This document shows, piece after piece, positions 1 to 14,900 of a stretch of 62,000 nucleotides of DNA. The number at the start of each line of letters is the position of its first letter. Position 1 is the first letter of the stretch. The DNA is from Vicugna vicugna. Lineage: Eukaryota. The stretch is taken from contig MU061578.1 in the NCBI GenBank assembly GCA_013265495.1, forward strand, positions 3,171,308-3,233,307, given 5' to 3'. The notes beneath the pieces were generated by a model. It had not been told where the DNA came from. It was given only the letters and a program-made list of their open reading frames with translations, and did no database searches. The translations under genes were made by a program, and so were the position numbers.

Positions 1-2562
1 TGGGCTTGGCCGGTCCGAGCGAGCACTTTCAGCCACTCCAGGAAGCGGGTCCCTGCTCTTGGCCACTGTGTGGCTGGGAGGAAGAAGCGTGACTCTAGGC
101 TGCAGCTCGGGCTCCCACCGCCGATTGGCTGAGGCAGGGACCAGATGACGGCCTCGGAACCCTATGGTAGCCATGGCAACCAGCCCCTTTAGACACCGCC
201 ACCCCCGAGCCACTCCTGACTGCTGAGGGAGCAGGCGGCGTCGCTGGTGGGCCCATGCCAGGGTCCCCTTCGAGGGTCGGGTCAGACGTGGCTGGATGGT
301 GGCTGCTCCTGCACCAGCTGTTGAGTGTTTGTGTATGTGTGTGTTTGATGCATGTCCAGCATAAGGGGTTCCTGTCCCTCTCTTGGGACATGTCCTAGGC
401 CATTCCATGCCCTCCCTGATGTCTTGGCAGAGGCAGGAAGAGTGTCCTTGCAGCCCCTACTGAGAAAAGGACTTCAGGTCAGGCTTGCCCCAGGGGCTGA
501 AGGTCAGGCCCAGTCGGGTTAGAAAATAATGGGTGAGAGCAGCAGGAGGAGGAAGAGCAGGAGAAACTCCCCACTCCCAGGGACTGCCCCTCAGCATTCT
601 CCTCAGCCTGCTGAACACAGACACAATCACAGCCCCCTCAAGAGCCTTCAGAGGTCCCAGCATGGCCCTGCTGCCCTACGACCTTGGGCCCCACCCAACA
701 GGACTCTGGGACACTTTCCAACCCCATGGAAACTGGCCGTACACTGTGACTTTGCACCAGCTCTTCCCATTGCCTGCCTCAGGGTCTCTTAGCACCAGCC
801 TTCAGCAAGGCCTTCCCTGATGTCTCAAGGCCACAGCTTTTCAGCAAGGGCATGATGCAGCATCACTCCAAGGAATGAACATCCTGGGTGTTGCAGGACA
901 GTGAACATCCCAGAGCCACCCCAACCCCATCTCTGTGACAGCCCCTCGCCTGTCCAAACACTCCTGGGATCAGCACCACCTGGTTGAGGCCCACATGAAG
1001 GACACCTGAGAGCTCTGGGAGGAGGCCATGCCCCACTTCCTGACCCAGGCCCAGCCCACATCTGTTAGCAGAAGATGGACTGAGGAACAGCTGCAGGGCT
1101 TAGAGGAGCAGGCATGAGTCTCAAGCCCCTGGGAAGAGGCCAGGACTAAGGCAGGCCCCTGGGGCCCAGCAGCTGCTAAGGAGGCCACTGCCAAAGCCAG
1201 AGGGACCCAGGGGCCAGGGCGAGCCTGGAAAAGGTGTCCACAGGGTCACAAATCTGAGGGAACAGGCACACAGCAGGCTGGGCTGGACCCAGAGCCACAG
1301 GGCACAGAAGGTGCTCAGCCAGTACCCTGGACTAGTCTCAGCCTTCTTCACACTGGCCTGGCCCCCACCCAAGCTGCCCAGTCCACCTCTAGTCTTATAG
1401 GCTCCCATCACACATAAACAGGTCTCGTCCAGGGGCAGGGTCGGGGTGGGTACTCAGGCCTGTGTCAGGTGTGGTAGAGGGTGCCAGCCTGCACAGGGCT
1501 GATGTTGGATGAGTTCATCTGGCCCAGGGCTCCAGCTTGGGGGTAGCAGGTGGGGGTGGGAGGGAGAGGGGCTCAAGTGGGCATCAGTGGATGAAGGCTG
1601 AGGTGGGTCCCAGCACCGCCAGCTCAGGGAAGGGCAGACAGTGGATGTGGATGGAGGTCCCCCAGCAGCTCCCCTGTGCTCCCAGCACCCTGACAGGGCC
1701 AAGGGCAGGGGCGAGGCTGCTCTCTGCACACCTGCAAACATGCAGCCAGTACATACCTGAGCAGGACTCAGGTGAGACCCTCAGGGTGAGGGCTCAGGTA
1801 TAGAGCTGTTGACTGGACCCCACCCTCTCTCCCTTGGCCTTGGTTGTCCCATCTCTAGATTAAGTCAGTCTTTTCACCCTTCCTGGTACTTGAGGACATT
1901 AGAATGAGACAGTGGACACAAGGCCTCAAGACACCATGGTGCTGATGGCCACACTACTGTCATGAACCTCCAGTGCTTGGTCCTGAGGGCCCTTCCCCAA
2001 CCCATAGCCAGTGATGGTTCACCCTCCTGTCCACAGCCTAGCAAGAGCAAGACTATTGACACTGAAGCTGACTGGTTGAGCTGTTGTCATGGAAACACAT
2101 GCAGAGGGAGGGAGCCTGCCCCTAAGGCCTTGGACACGGGGAAGGGTCGATTTAGCTGGTGCAGACAGAGCATGACCTGTTTGAGGCCACAGACCAGGGC
2201 AGGGCAGCTCAGGCTTCCACAGGTTCGACCTTGGTCAGTAGAACACACACACAGCCCACACCAATCCAGGACCTCAGTGAGGGGGGAACCAGAGGTTCTC
2301 AGACAGACAGAGCAAGGAAGAGATTGGTGGAGGTGTGGTTGACAAGGGGAAAGAAATAAATGCAGCTCAGAGGTCACTTCCTGACCAGGGCCCGAAGGGT
2401 AGGACACATCAGATGGCCAGGACAGGTGGCTGATTGGCAGCTCAGCTCCTGGTTCCATGTGCAGCATGTGGGTGACTGCAGTCCCTGTGTCCCCTCCTAG
2501 CCCCACCTACCAGATAATCTGGAGGGAGGTCAGGGGCCTGTCCCAGACCTCAGTGATCTTTT

Positions 2563-2675
2563 GGGGGTTGGGGTTAGATTTTTTTTTAAACGGAGGTACT
2601 GGGGATCGAACCTAGGACCCCAGGACCTCGTGCATGCTAAGCACGCACTTTACCACTGAGCTCTACCCTCTTCCC
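2563..2675 (-). mobile_element. tRNA-Ala-derived SINE (camelid Vic-1-like)
   Basis: Reverse complement AGCTCAGTGGTAAAGTGCGTGCTTAGCATGCACGAGGTCC...GTTCGATCCCCAGTACCTCC plus A tail; GTGATC-TTT on both flanks. Confidence 0.8.
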
Positions 2676-4619
2676 TGGGTGATCATTTTATTTGGGCTGC
2701 GGAGTGAGCCTGTCACTCATTGAGGGTTTCTTAACCTTTCCTGAACCAAGGATATTTGTGAGAACTTGATGAAACTGACGTTGCACCATCAGAAAAGGGC
2801 TCATGTTTTGGAGATTGAGGGCCAAGGCCATACTCAGACCCCAACTCAGTCCAGCCTCAGGTCCAGGTAAGGCGAGTGATCTGCTCCAGGCATGCCAAGC
2901 TCCCATCACTAGTCTGCAGAGGCCAGCCTGGGCCGTCCTTGTGGTAATCCCAGGCTGGAAACACTCTGGCCTGGCCCACCAGTGCTGACAGGGAGGCAGA
3001 GTCCACCTACATCCACCCTCAAGCCCAGCCGCAACCCTACTCAGCCCACATGCCCTGTGTAGCCCCAGGTCCCTGGGGCCCCAGGAATCCAACACAGAAC
3101 ACCCCTACTCCTGTGGCCTTAGTTGGGGCAGGAAAAGAGCAGGTGAGGGAGGGCTACTTGAGCCAAGGTCAATGAACTGGGGATGTTCTGGTTACACACT
3201 GCACAGGGGATCCAGGCAACAGACCAAGGGAGTGTAAAGGGAATCAGTTTGATTCAGTCCAGGGCTGAACATGGGAACCATGAGTGGAGGCTGGGCAGGG
3301 CTGGCCCAGAGCACCACCAACCGGGCTAGAGCCAGAGGCCATGGTTTGAACAACTGGGCTGGGCCTTGCTGACCCACAGAGCCAGGGCAGGGGTGAGCTG
3401 GGCATTGTCAACTTTTGGTAAAATTCTTTAAAAATTAAAACCGTTCACAAAATAGGGATATTATATGAAGAACTCGTGATTGGGAGCGTCAGGACACATG
3501 AGTTCCCTAGGTGCCCTCGGACGAGGCTGGTACTGGTGACCTTGGGAAATTCCCCCCAGGGCTCTGACCCCAAGGCAGCTCCCAGTCCTAGATGACCTTC
3601 TTATGAGCCATGGGGTTACCAAGGCCCTCCAACATCTGCAGGCCACTCTGCCTCCCCTCCATTAACACGGCCCAGGGGGGTGTGACCTCCCATAGCACCC
3701 CTCAGAGGAGACTGGTGCCCCTTAGTCAGTCAGCTAGGACCAGGTCAGGGGAACCTGCCTGTCCTCCCAGAGACCTGACTGGGTTTCAATGCTCAGGACT
3801 TCCAGATAAGGGTCAGCGAAGTGGGTCTTAGAGCAGGAAAGGCCTCAGGGTGCCTGGCCCAGCCTCCTGCTGGGAGTCACATCCCCACCTGGGTTCACGT
3901 CCCCACAGGCCTTGTGATCCTGGTCTCCTTTTGAACTGTGATAGGGTGGGGCTGACAGAAGCTCCAGACTCAAGGCCTTCCGTGCAAGACACAGCCACCA
4001 GCAGCACCCTCGGAGGGTCCCTGCAGCTCTCAGAGCTGGTGTGGGTGCCCGCCACCCCACAGGAGTGCTGGCATGAACACTGTCAAGCCACTCCCAGAGC
4101 CAGGCCGCAGCACCCAGCCTCTGTCTGGAGAATGTTCCAGACAGGTGGGGGCGGGGGGAGGCCCCATCCTGCTCTAACACAGGATGCCTCCGACAACACT
4201 GGGTTCTCCCAAAGGACAGAAAAGCTGAGAAATCTTGCATAGCTGGTTGCATCCCAAGTCTCTGGGGCAGGGTGAGCCCTGATCCTCCAAGCAAAGCAGC
4301 ACGCACACAGCCTGGCTCAGATTTTACTTACGCTGTCCCCCAAGGGTGGTGACCGGCCTCAGCAGGGCCTCCACTATGGGAGAAGATGAGGAGACCACAG
4401 AGGCAGAGAGAGGGCCCCAGGCCTCTGGGGATCCTGAGACAAGAGGCCTCTGGGGGCCTCCACAAAGCCCATGCCACCCGGGAGCTGCGTGGCCAGCACA
4501 CACAACAATGGGTTCACCCACTGCCCATGGTGGCCCCCACCACTGCCCCAGGCTCTGTCCATTGTGTCAAAGGGGGTGGAGGTGCTGAGCCCAACTGTGA
4601 GGCCCAGGCCTCTGTGTGG

Positions 4620-7043
<2,424 letters not shown>

Positions 7044-8857
7044 CGCAGCGAGCCTGGGGGCAGGCAGGGGCCGGCGTCACCCGACGCCATGGGCCGTCTC
7101 GGGCCCCCCTCATCCTCTCCCGCCCCCATTACCCCGCGCAGCTCCAACCTCCAGCCAGGTCCCTCCGCCATAGCTCCTTAACCCTGCACAGCCCCGTGGC
7201 CCACGCGGCCCCGACCCCCTTCCCCATCCACCAGGGCAGCCCAGACCTCCGGCACCGTCTCCCTGGCCCGACCCCGTGAGCCTGCGCGGCTCCGACTACT
7301 CGGCCAGCTCACCCATGCAGTAGAGTGCCCTGGACCCCGAACCCCGATCAGGTCGCACGGCCTACCTCCCAGAGCTCAGTGCCCCGCCGGAACCGGAAGT
7401 CGCACCGCCGGGCTCCTGGCCCTTCACCCGTCGCTGACTCGCTGCAAAGCCCGTCGGTCTACCCCGCACCACCCCCGGACTCGCCCCGCCCCCTTTTCGG
7501 CCTTAGGGACTGTGGAAAACACCCTGCGGGGTCGGCGGCAGCTCCGGGCACCGTTGGCAAGTGCGGGCCGTTTCTCGCTAGCGGAAGCCCCAGGGGCGGG
7601 GTCTGTCATTCTTGGTCCCACTTCCCCTTCTCCCCAAAGGAGAGCAAACAGCAATGTAAAAACTCTTTTGCCTTGAAATATCACTGCAGAATATGAAATT
7701 CACCAGTCACAGGGAAATCAGAGCTACAGAAAAATATGTCTTAAATGTCTTAAAAAATTTTACCCCTCAAAACACCCTATATAAATATTTCCCCTTTACA
7801 AGCCTAGAGGACGCTCCGATGGCCAACGGCTGGGTGACTGCGGGTGGGGGAAGCCTTCAGGGAGGTCACACCCTGGACAGAACTCTGTAGGGAAGATGCC
7901 GGGGGCCAGGAGGTGGGAGGGCTGTGTGCCCCTCACACTGGGCGCAGCTTGCCATGGCCCCGCTCTGCATTCCTTATAGACAGTAGCCCTCTGCAGTCAT
8001 GCCTTAGCAAAGGGAGGGTACTGTTCCCTTGGCAGTTAGCAGCCCTTCCTCCACTTCCCCGACAGAGGAAGGAGAAAGACACTGCCGGGTCTCCAGGGGC
8101 CTCCTCCCCAAAGGTCCACAGTGGTTAGGCCAGTGCAGGGTGGCAGCCATCACCTCTCCCGGGAATAACACAAGAGAATCCTCCCCAGACAAGGGCCTAG
8201 GAATCCAGGGGGTGGGTGGGGCAGAGTTGGGATGAGGTGTGCCCTGTGGGCCCAGCACTCCCAGAGCAACTTGGGAGCCCCCTCCCCAGGAAGCTTATCT
8301 CAGTGGGCTGCAGCTCCAAAGCTGAGAGCCATAGGGAGTGAAGGGGCAGAGCTGCACAGCTAGAAGCCAGCCTCTCCATACCATTCACAGCAGCTAACCC
8401 TCACGTCCCCCCAGTGCCCTCAGCTCCCTGGTGAGCACAGTCACCCCTTCCCATGGTAAATGCATCAGCAAGGGTATTCCCAAGCCAAGGCAGGTTGGCA
8501 TTCAAGGAGCTAGGGATGGCACAGCTCCCAGCCTCAGTGGCAGGGGCCCATGGGAGGTGGGCTCAGGCCTCCTTTGCCCACCAGGGTCTCTCATATTACA
8601 GCCTCACAGGAGACTAGGCCAATGGGGGAATCTTACTCCGCATCTCCCTCCAACTGTCCCCAGGTCAGTAGAACAGGAGTCTGCCCCTGCACGGTACCTT
8701 TGGTCTCCAAGCAGCCAGGCCCAGGCCCCAGGGGCCACTGCAGATACCAGCTGGGCCCTGCAGAGGGACTGAGTCAGCTGGCAGCTAGTGGGCACAAGGG
8801 AGTTGGGGGTGTGGTCCTCTCCTCGAGAGGAGAAAGCAAGAGGATGCACAGGGCAAT

Positions 8858-8863
8858 TTTATT
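8858..8863 (-). terminator. PGAP6 proximal polyadenylation signal AATAAA
   Basis: TTTATT on + strand, about 80 nt downstream of the PGAP6 stop codon. Confidence 0.55.
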
Positions 8864-8941
8864 CTGTTGGAAATTGATGGGAACAGGGTCCTTCTCCCTT
8901 AGTCTTGCCCCTGACTGGAGAGATCACAGCTGTAGGCCGTG

Positions 8942-11900
8942 TCATGTCACTGTGTACAGCTCTTCCCGGTGGTTCTTACAGATCTCATAGTGGCAGGGGA
9001 GCTTCTGGGAGCAGGCCCAGGGATCAGTGTGTTGCTCACGTGGTGGCAGCAAGAACGCTGCGCTCCCTGCCAGCAGCATGTGCCAGATGCTATGGGTGTA
9101 ATAATAGTTGTCGCTGGTCATCATGGTGGTGTAGATGGTGATGGCCACAGTGGCCATGGAGATGCCAGGCAGGAGGTAGAAGATCCAACGCTGCCAGGAG
9201 GTGGGGTAGCAGTGGCGCCGGCGTCCGCAGCGGTACACCTGGAGGAAACTACCACATGAGTGCTGGCACAGGGGCTGCAGCCACGGCTCCCAAGGGTTGT
9301 GGGCTGCTTGGAAGGGGCTCCAGGGCACAGAGACTTGGGCATGAAGCCACACTGGGCCCCTGTGGGTGCCACGAGTAGCCCTCAGAGGATGTGGAAGACT
9401 CAGGCCCAGGACAAAGAACACGGCCAGAACGAGGGGCCATGTTCTCTCCTCCCAGAGTGAGGGTCTGTGGCGGGCCCACACTCTTATCCCAATTGCCAAG
9501 GGAGGGGGTCTGGGGGGACCACAAGCCTGCTCCAGCTCCTTACCCACATGGTGACCATGACCATGATGGCAAAGAGGCAAGGCCCCATTGTGTTCCAGGC
9601 TGCCCTGCGGTCCATCTGCAAGGACATGGCGAAGACCAGAGTGCCCAGGAGGAACAGAACCTGGGCAAAACACAGGGATGGTCACAGGGTCATAGGAACC
9701 CTGGCCTGGCTCATCTTTGACAGCATGAGGTTCAGCAGGAGCAGGTAGTGGGGACACACTGGTCATCCTGCTGTCCTTCACTGCCCCCTGGGCACCTCTG
9801 CCTGCCCCCTTGGAGCTGCTGGCACAATTTGTCATGCTCTGCTAGCTGGAAGGGAGGTGCTTCTCCTCCAGCTCCTACATTGCGGGGATGCATTGGTCCC
9901 ACTGGACCATCCACAGGTGAATTTCTGAGGTAAGAACCTGGCCATGCAGGGCACCAGGGCATGCATCTCCATCAGCCAGATCCTACTTCAGCAGAAAAGC
10001 CCCCAAGGTGTCCTCAGCACCAGGGGCTCCAGGAGCACAGCTGGGGGCTTCTCAGGGAGTTCTGGCCTAGGGTCAGGGCTTCTGGCCTAGGGTCAGGGCT
10101 CCAGGCCTCCTCTCTGAATGGAGCCCTGGGAGAGAAAAAGGCCTCGCTTAATCTTGCCCACTAATGGTAACCGCCGAACCCTCTTTCTGGTCTCTCCCTT
10201 GACACGCTGCACATGAGGGCCTCTGCTCCCCTACAGCCCAGCTCAGGGGTGTTAGGAGATCACTCACGTATTTCAAGGCTGCCTTCAACCGCGCCATGCA
10301 GAGGATGGTGACCCAGATGGACACTCCAGAGCCCAGGAAATCACAGTACTGCAGGGTGTCATAGTTGAGGATACACAGCACCGCCTCTCCTGGCTGGTCA
10401 CAAGCGTGGTAGAACTGCAGAGCCAGGTGGTCAGTGGCAGCCCAGACCCCTCACCTCCTCCCCACAACAGGAGCAGGGCTGGCCTACCGTGGAGAAGAAC
10501 ATGGTGTAGGCATAGACAGAGGCCTCTACCAGGTGGGAGCGGTGCACGGAGATGGTGATTGGAGCCAAAAACAAGAGGTTGCTGAGCGTGAGCAAGAGGG
10601 TGGCTACCTTCTGCTGGGCCACAGTCTGGGCCGTGCTGTTGTCTGTGCAGCTCCACCCACGCCAGCCTATAAGCCAATGTGACACCGCAGGGGGCTAAGC
10701 CCAGGCAACTGGGGCCAGGCTTGGCGGAGGGTCCTTCTGAACCTCAAGGTCTACCCTTCACCCAGGACCCTGCGGAGAAGCCTCTTCCTCACCCCAGAAC
10801 AGGCTGGGATAGGGGGGAAAGACATGGGATAGGTGTGGGCAGGTATAGGGCAGGCATGGACAGGTGAGGGTAGGTGTGGGCAGGGGAAGACAAAGTCAGA
10901 AGGCAGTACCATCTGTGGGGGTGCCTCTCTATGCCTGCATGGGGGTTGGCAGGCACTGTAGGAGTGGTAAGGAGGCATCTGCCCTTGCTCTTTGGGGTAT
11001 TCTCCAAACTTGTCCCTCACCTGCCTTGCAGCTACAGCCTGCATACAGGTAGCTGTGTGTGCGCAGCAGGAGGCACTGGCCATAGGGTCCGCAGTCATTC
11101 AGGCAAGGCACCAAGTACAAAGTGGTCTCCACAGGCACCAAGGCCTGCTCACACTCCCTGTGAGGAGGGGCCACAGGAAGGCTGGCAGGCCACAGGAAGG
11201 CTGGCTGCCCACCAGTGCTCCCAGCAGGGTCTTGGATATGTGAACCCAGAGTTGAGGCCCTTGGGATCTGAGCCCTGGAGGATAGCAACTGTGAGCACTG
11301 CCAAGGTCAAGACTCCCCCTCCCCACTCCCCCTGCTGAAGGACCAATGTGTCTGGGACTGGGTTCTGGACCAGCCCACCTCCTTGTATCCTGGCTCCCAG
11401 AGCTGCTGTGGAAGGGGCGGCCAGGTGGGAAAGGGGAACCTCTTGGAACTCCTGGCATCACCCCCAAACTGGGACACTGGCAGCCCTGTCCATGGTCCTG
11501 AGCATAACCACTTGGCTGCCTACCCCAAGTTTACTTACTTAGGACTCTCAGGGCACACAAGCTGCAGGGAGAGGTACCAGTTGTCTGTCTCTGGGTAAGG
11601 AATAACAAGGGTGGCCTTGCGCGATGAGGCACTCAGAGACAGAGGGTAGCCCTGGAAGAAGGCTGCAGGGGAGTAGGAAGTCCCAGTCAGAGATGGCCAG
11701 AGGGCCTGCTGGCTCACTGGGCCAGACACTGCCTGCCCGTGCCTGTGCCTGTCCATACCTGTGGTGCAGTTGAGCGAATCATTGAAGCTGAGGAAGGGCG
11801 AGGCGGCAGTCACACAGACCACCACCAAGGTGTTGTTGGCAATCGCGGTCTGAGAGGGAGGACGAGAAGGGTCAGCCCCCTGCTTCCTCCTCAACTTCAC

Positions 11901-14900
11901 ACTCCAGTGTCTGGGTGCTGTTCTCTGTGGCTCCCACAGGTTCAGGGCTCATCCAGGACCCTCACCCTCTAGGCCCGGGACACCCGGCCTATGATCACCC
12001 CCTCCACCCTGTCTGCTCAGGCACAGTCCTGAGCCTGCCGACATGGACCTGCTGCTCCACAGACCAGGCTCCCCATTTCTCAGAAGGAGACTATTTTGGC
12101 CCAACGCCCACCAGGGTCACTTTGTTGCCTGAAAGGCTGCCCCGACCCAGTCTCCATGCCAAAGTCAGCACAGAAAGGCCTGAGCAGCATCACTCCACCC
12201 GGGGAGGTCTGAGCCCTGAACTTTGGGCCTTGGGCCCTGATTCAAGCAGGGTCTTGAGGTGCTCACAGCCAAAGATACCTTGTTGACTTGCAGAGAGATG
12301 GTGAGGGAGCCCCCACTGTCCATGCCCGTGTTGAGGTACAGCCGCAACACAGAGGGCATGTCTGACTGCACCGACACCTGGTCTAGGGGCCGGAAGCGCA
12401 CGGACACCACGTCCAAGTCTTCCCGAGGGACTGGGTAGTTCCTGAGGCAGAAGGGGCTGTCACCCGCCCCACTGCTCCTGTCCAGTTCCTGGTAGCTGGG
12501 GCTCAGGGGCAGTAGACCAGTGGAGGCATTTCCGCTCTGGTTTGCACTGTTCTGCAGAAGGTGCTGGAAGCTCACACTCCATGGCCTGCAGGCTGTCAAG
12601 AGGACAAGGGGCTCAGCTGGAGGAAGGCCTAGGGGTGGAGGGCAGGGAGCAGAGCCACCCACCCCTCTTTCCATGCAGCCCACCTGTGAGTGCAGCTACA
12701 GCATTGAAAACTACAGACACAAGCGGCCCCGCCAGGCTCTTGGCTGTCACTTGCAGCCACCGGCCCCAGGGTGGTGAGGGCAGCAACAGGCGGCAGTCCT
12801 GGGTGGGCCCTGTGCAAGTGAGCACCTTCCGGAAGTTGCCGGGCAGGGTGGCTGAGCCCACGGTGAGGCGCACAGGGCAGCCCAAGCTCCCATTGGATGC
12901 ACAGCCCTGCAGCTCCAACCGTAGCTTCTGGGTGTACTCAGGGACAAAGATTCTGCAGCCAAGGGGATATGGCCTCATTCAGGCTCTGCAGCTTTGACCG
13001 GTGTCACCACAGCATTCACACTCAGGCTGGTGGCCAAAGGGGCCAGGGGTCGGGTCCCCACTTCTTAGCACAATCCAGAAACCCAGACCCCTCACTTTCT
13101 CACCCACAGTGAGGACAGCAGTACCACCCACTCCACCAAACCCGGAGGCTGGGCCTTCCCCAGGGCCTCCACTCACTTGAGGTAGCTGGGATGGTGGAGG
13201 AGAGTCTGCGGAAGGGGCACATCAGGCTCCAGGATAGAGACCTCGACCACCCGCACAACCAGCATGTCAGGCTGGAAGACGTAGGCACAGGTGGGAATAA
13301 AGCCCTAGGAAGAAAGCAGGCATAGGGAAGAAGAGGAAGCAGGTGAGGGGGCAGAACTGGGTCAGAGAGCCTGGGGGCTCGGGGGTGGTGCTGGGCAGCA
13401 GAGACTAGAGCAAAGTCTGCCCTGAGGAGGTGAACAGCAGGGACTGGCCATTTGTGCACTGCAGGATCCTGCCCCCTAACCATGGAGGGAGCCCCCTCAC
13501 CTTCACCTCAATCTTCTGGGATGAGGGGGGCAGGTGGGCGGCTACAAACCAGTCCCCGGGTGCTGGGTGGGAGATGTTGATGGAGGTGTTGCCATGCAGC
13601 ATCTTGACGAGGAAGGAGGGCTGCACGGAGGTGTTGTCGGGGAAGCTGGTGCCCAGTGGGTTGATGACAGGAGGGGCGCCATAGCGGAAATACCTGGAGG
13701 TAGAGAGAGTTGGGCAGGCTCAAGTGTGAGGCCCGGGAGGCTCAGGCGGGAGGGCGGCAGGCGGGCACCTACACAGTGATCTCCACGTTGGTGCAGGAGG
13801 GGCCGCTGCCCCAGGATGCCTGCAGCAGCCAGCGCAGCAGCACAGTGTCGGGGGGCACACGGAAGCGGAAGAGCCTGGTGCTGCCATACCAGCTATAGAA
13901 AGCCAGCTTCTGCGGGGACTGTGAAAACTGCTCAGACACCAGCCTGGCATCTGTGGGAGAAGGTGCTGTCAGCCAGGCCAGGGCACCCAGGACCCCCTCC
14001 ACCTGGGGAGCAAGGCCTCCAAGGCCCTTCTGGCCTGGAATGGCCAGAGAGAAAGGGTGAGGGAAGCCATGGAGCCCTTGGGATGCCTGTCATGCCAACT
14101 TTGACCCTGAAAGGTCACTGTCCCCCTCCAGCCCTTGACAAGGGCCTACGACTCAGAAGTTTTCAGTCAGGCATCATGTTCCTACTCATGTCCACACATC
14201 CAAGACCACCCTTGCCATCTTTCTAAGCCCCTCCACCCCATCGATCTCTGGCTCACAGGCTCAGTCCCCACAGCCATTCCTCTGCCAACTTTCCCCAAAC
14301 CATCACATCCCACCCACTAGGCATCCCTTATCAGCAACAAGCCCCAGAGCCCACCCTTCACCTATCACCTATCACCCCAACTGCCTCAGACCTTAGAAGC
14401 AGAAAGAGCCCCACTCAGAGGGCCCCTGCTTCTGCCAACTGGTCACAGTCCCTCTTGGCCCCACTCACATTGCAGCCCTGGTACATAAGGGGCTGAGTGA
14501 TGAAGGCTGAAGGACACAAAAGTGGTCAGGGTGGGAGCCCCACTCCTCTTCATGTATGCCTTGGGCCCTGCACACCAGGATGCTCCCTCACCTCCTCTGA
14601 GCCCCCTAGTTCCAGGATCTTTGATCCTGGTTCACTGGACAAGTGAGGGGATTCAGGTCTGGAGGCTGGCTGACTTGGGGTACAGCTCACCAGAGCCTGA
14701 GTCCCTCCTCTCCCAGAGAGGTGGCAGACAGAGACCCTGCGCTGCCTTAAGCTGGAACGACTGGCCCCTGCACTGCAGAGGGGCACAGAGACAAGGCAGG
14801 GGCCCAGACCAGGGATTCCCCATGGCCCAGTCCTGGCAGGAGCTCTCAGGCCTCCCATTCCATGGCTCCTCAGCTTCCCTCCCCTATACACACCAAAAGT

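Noticed and set aside
123..180. MHC class II-type S-X-X2-Y module
   Set aside because: The CRE half-site is not adjacent to the X-box and the CCAAT orientation is wrong for SXY.
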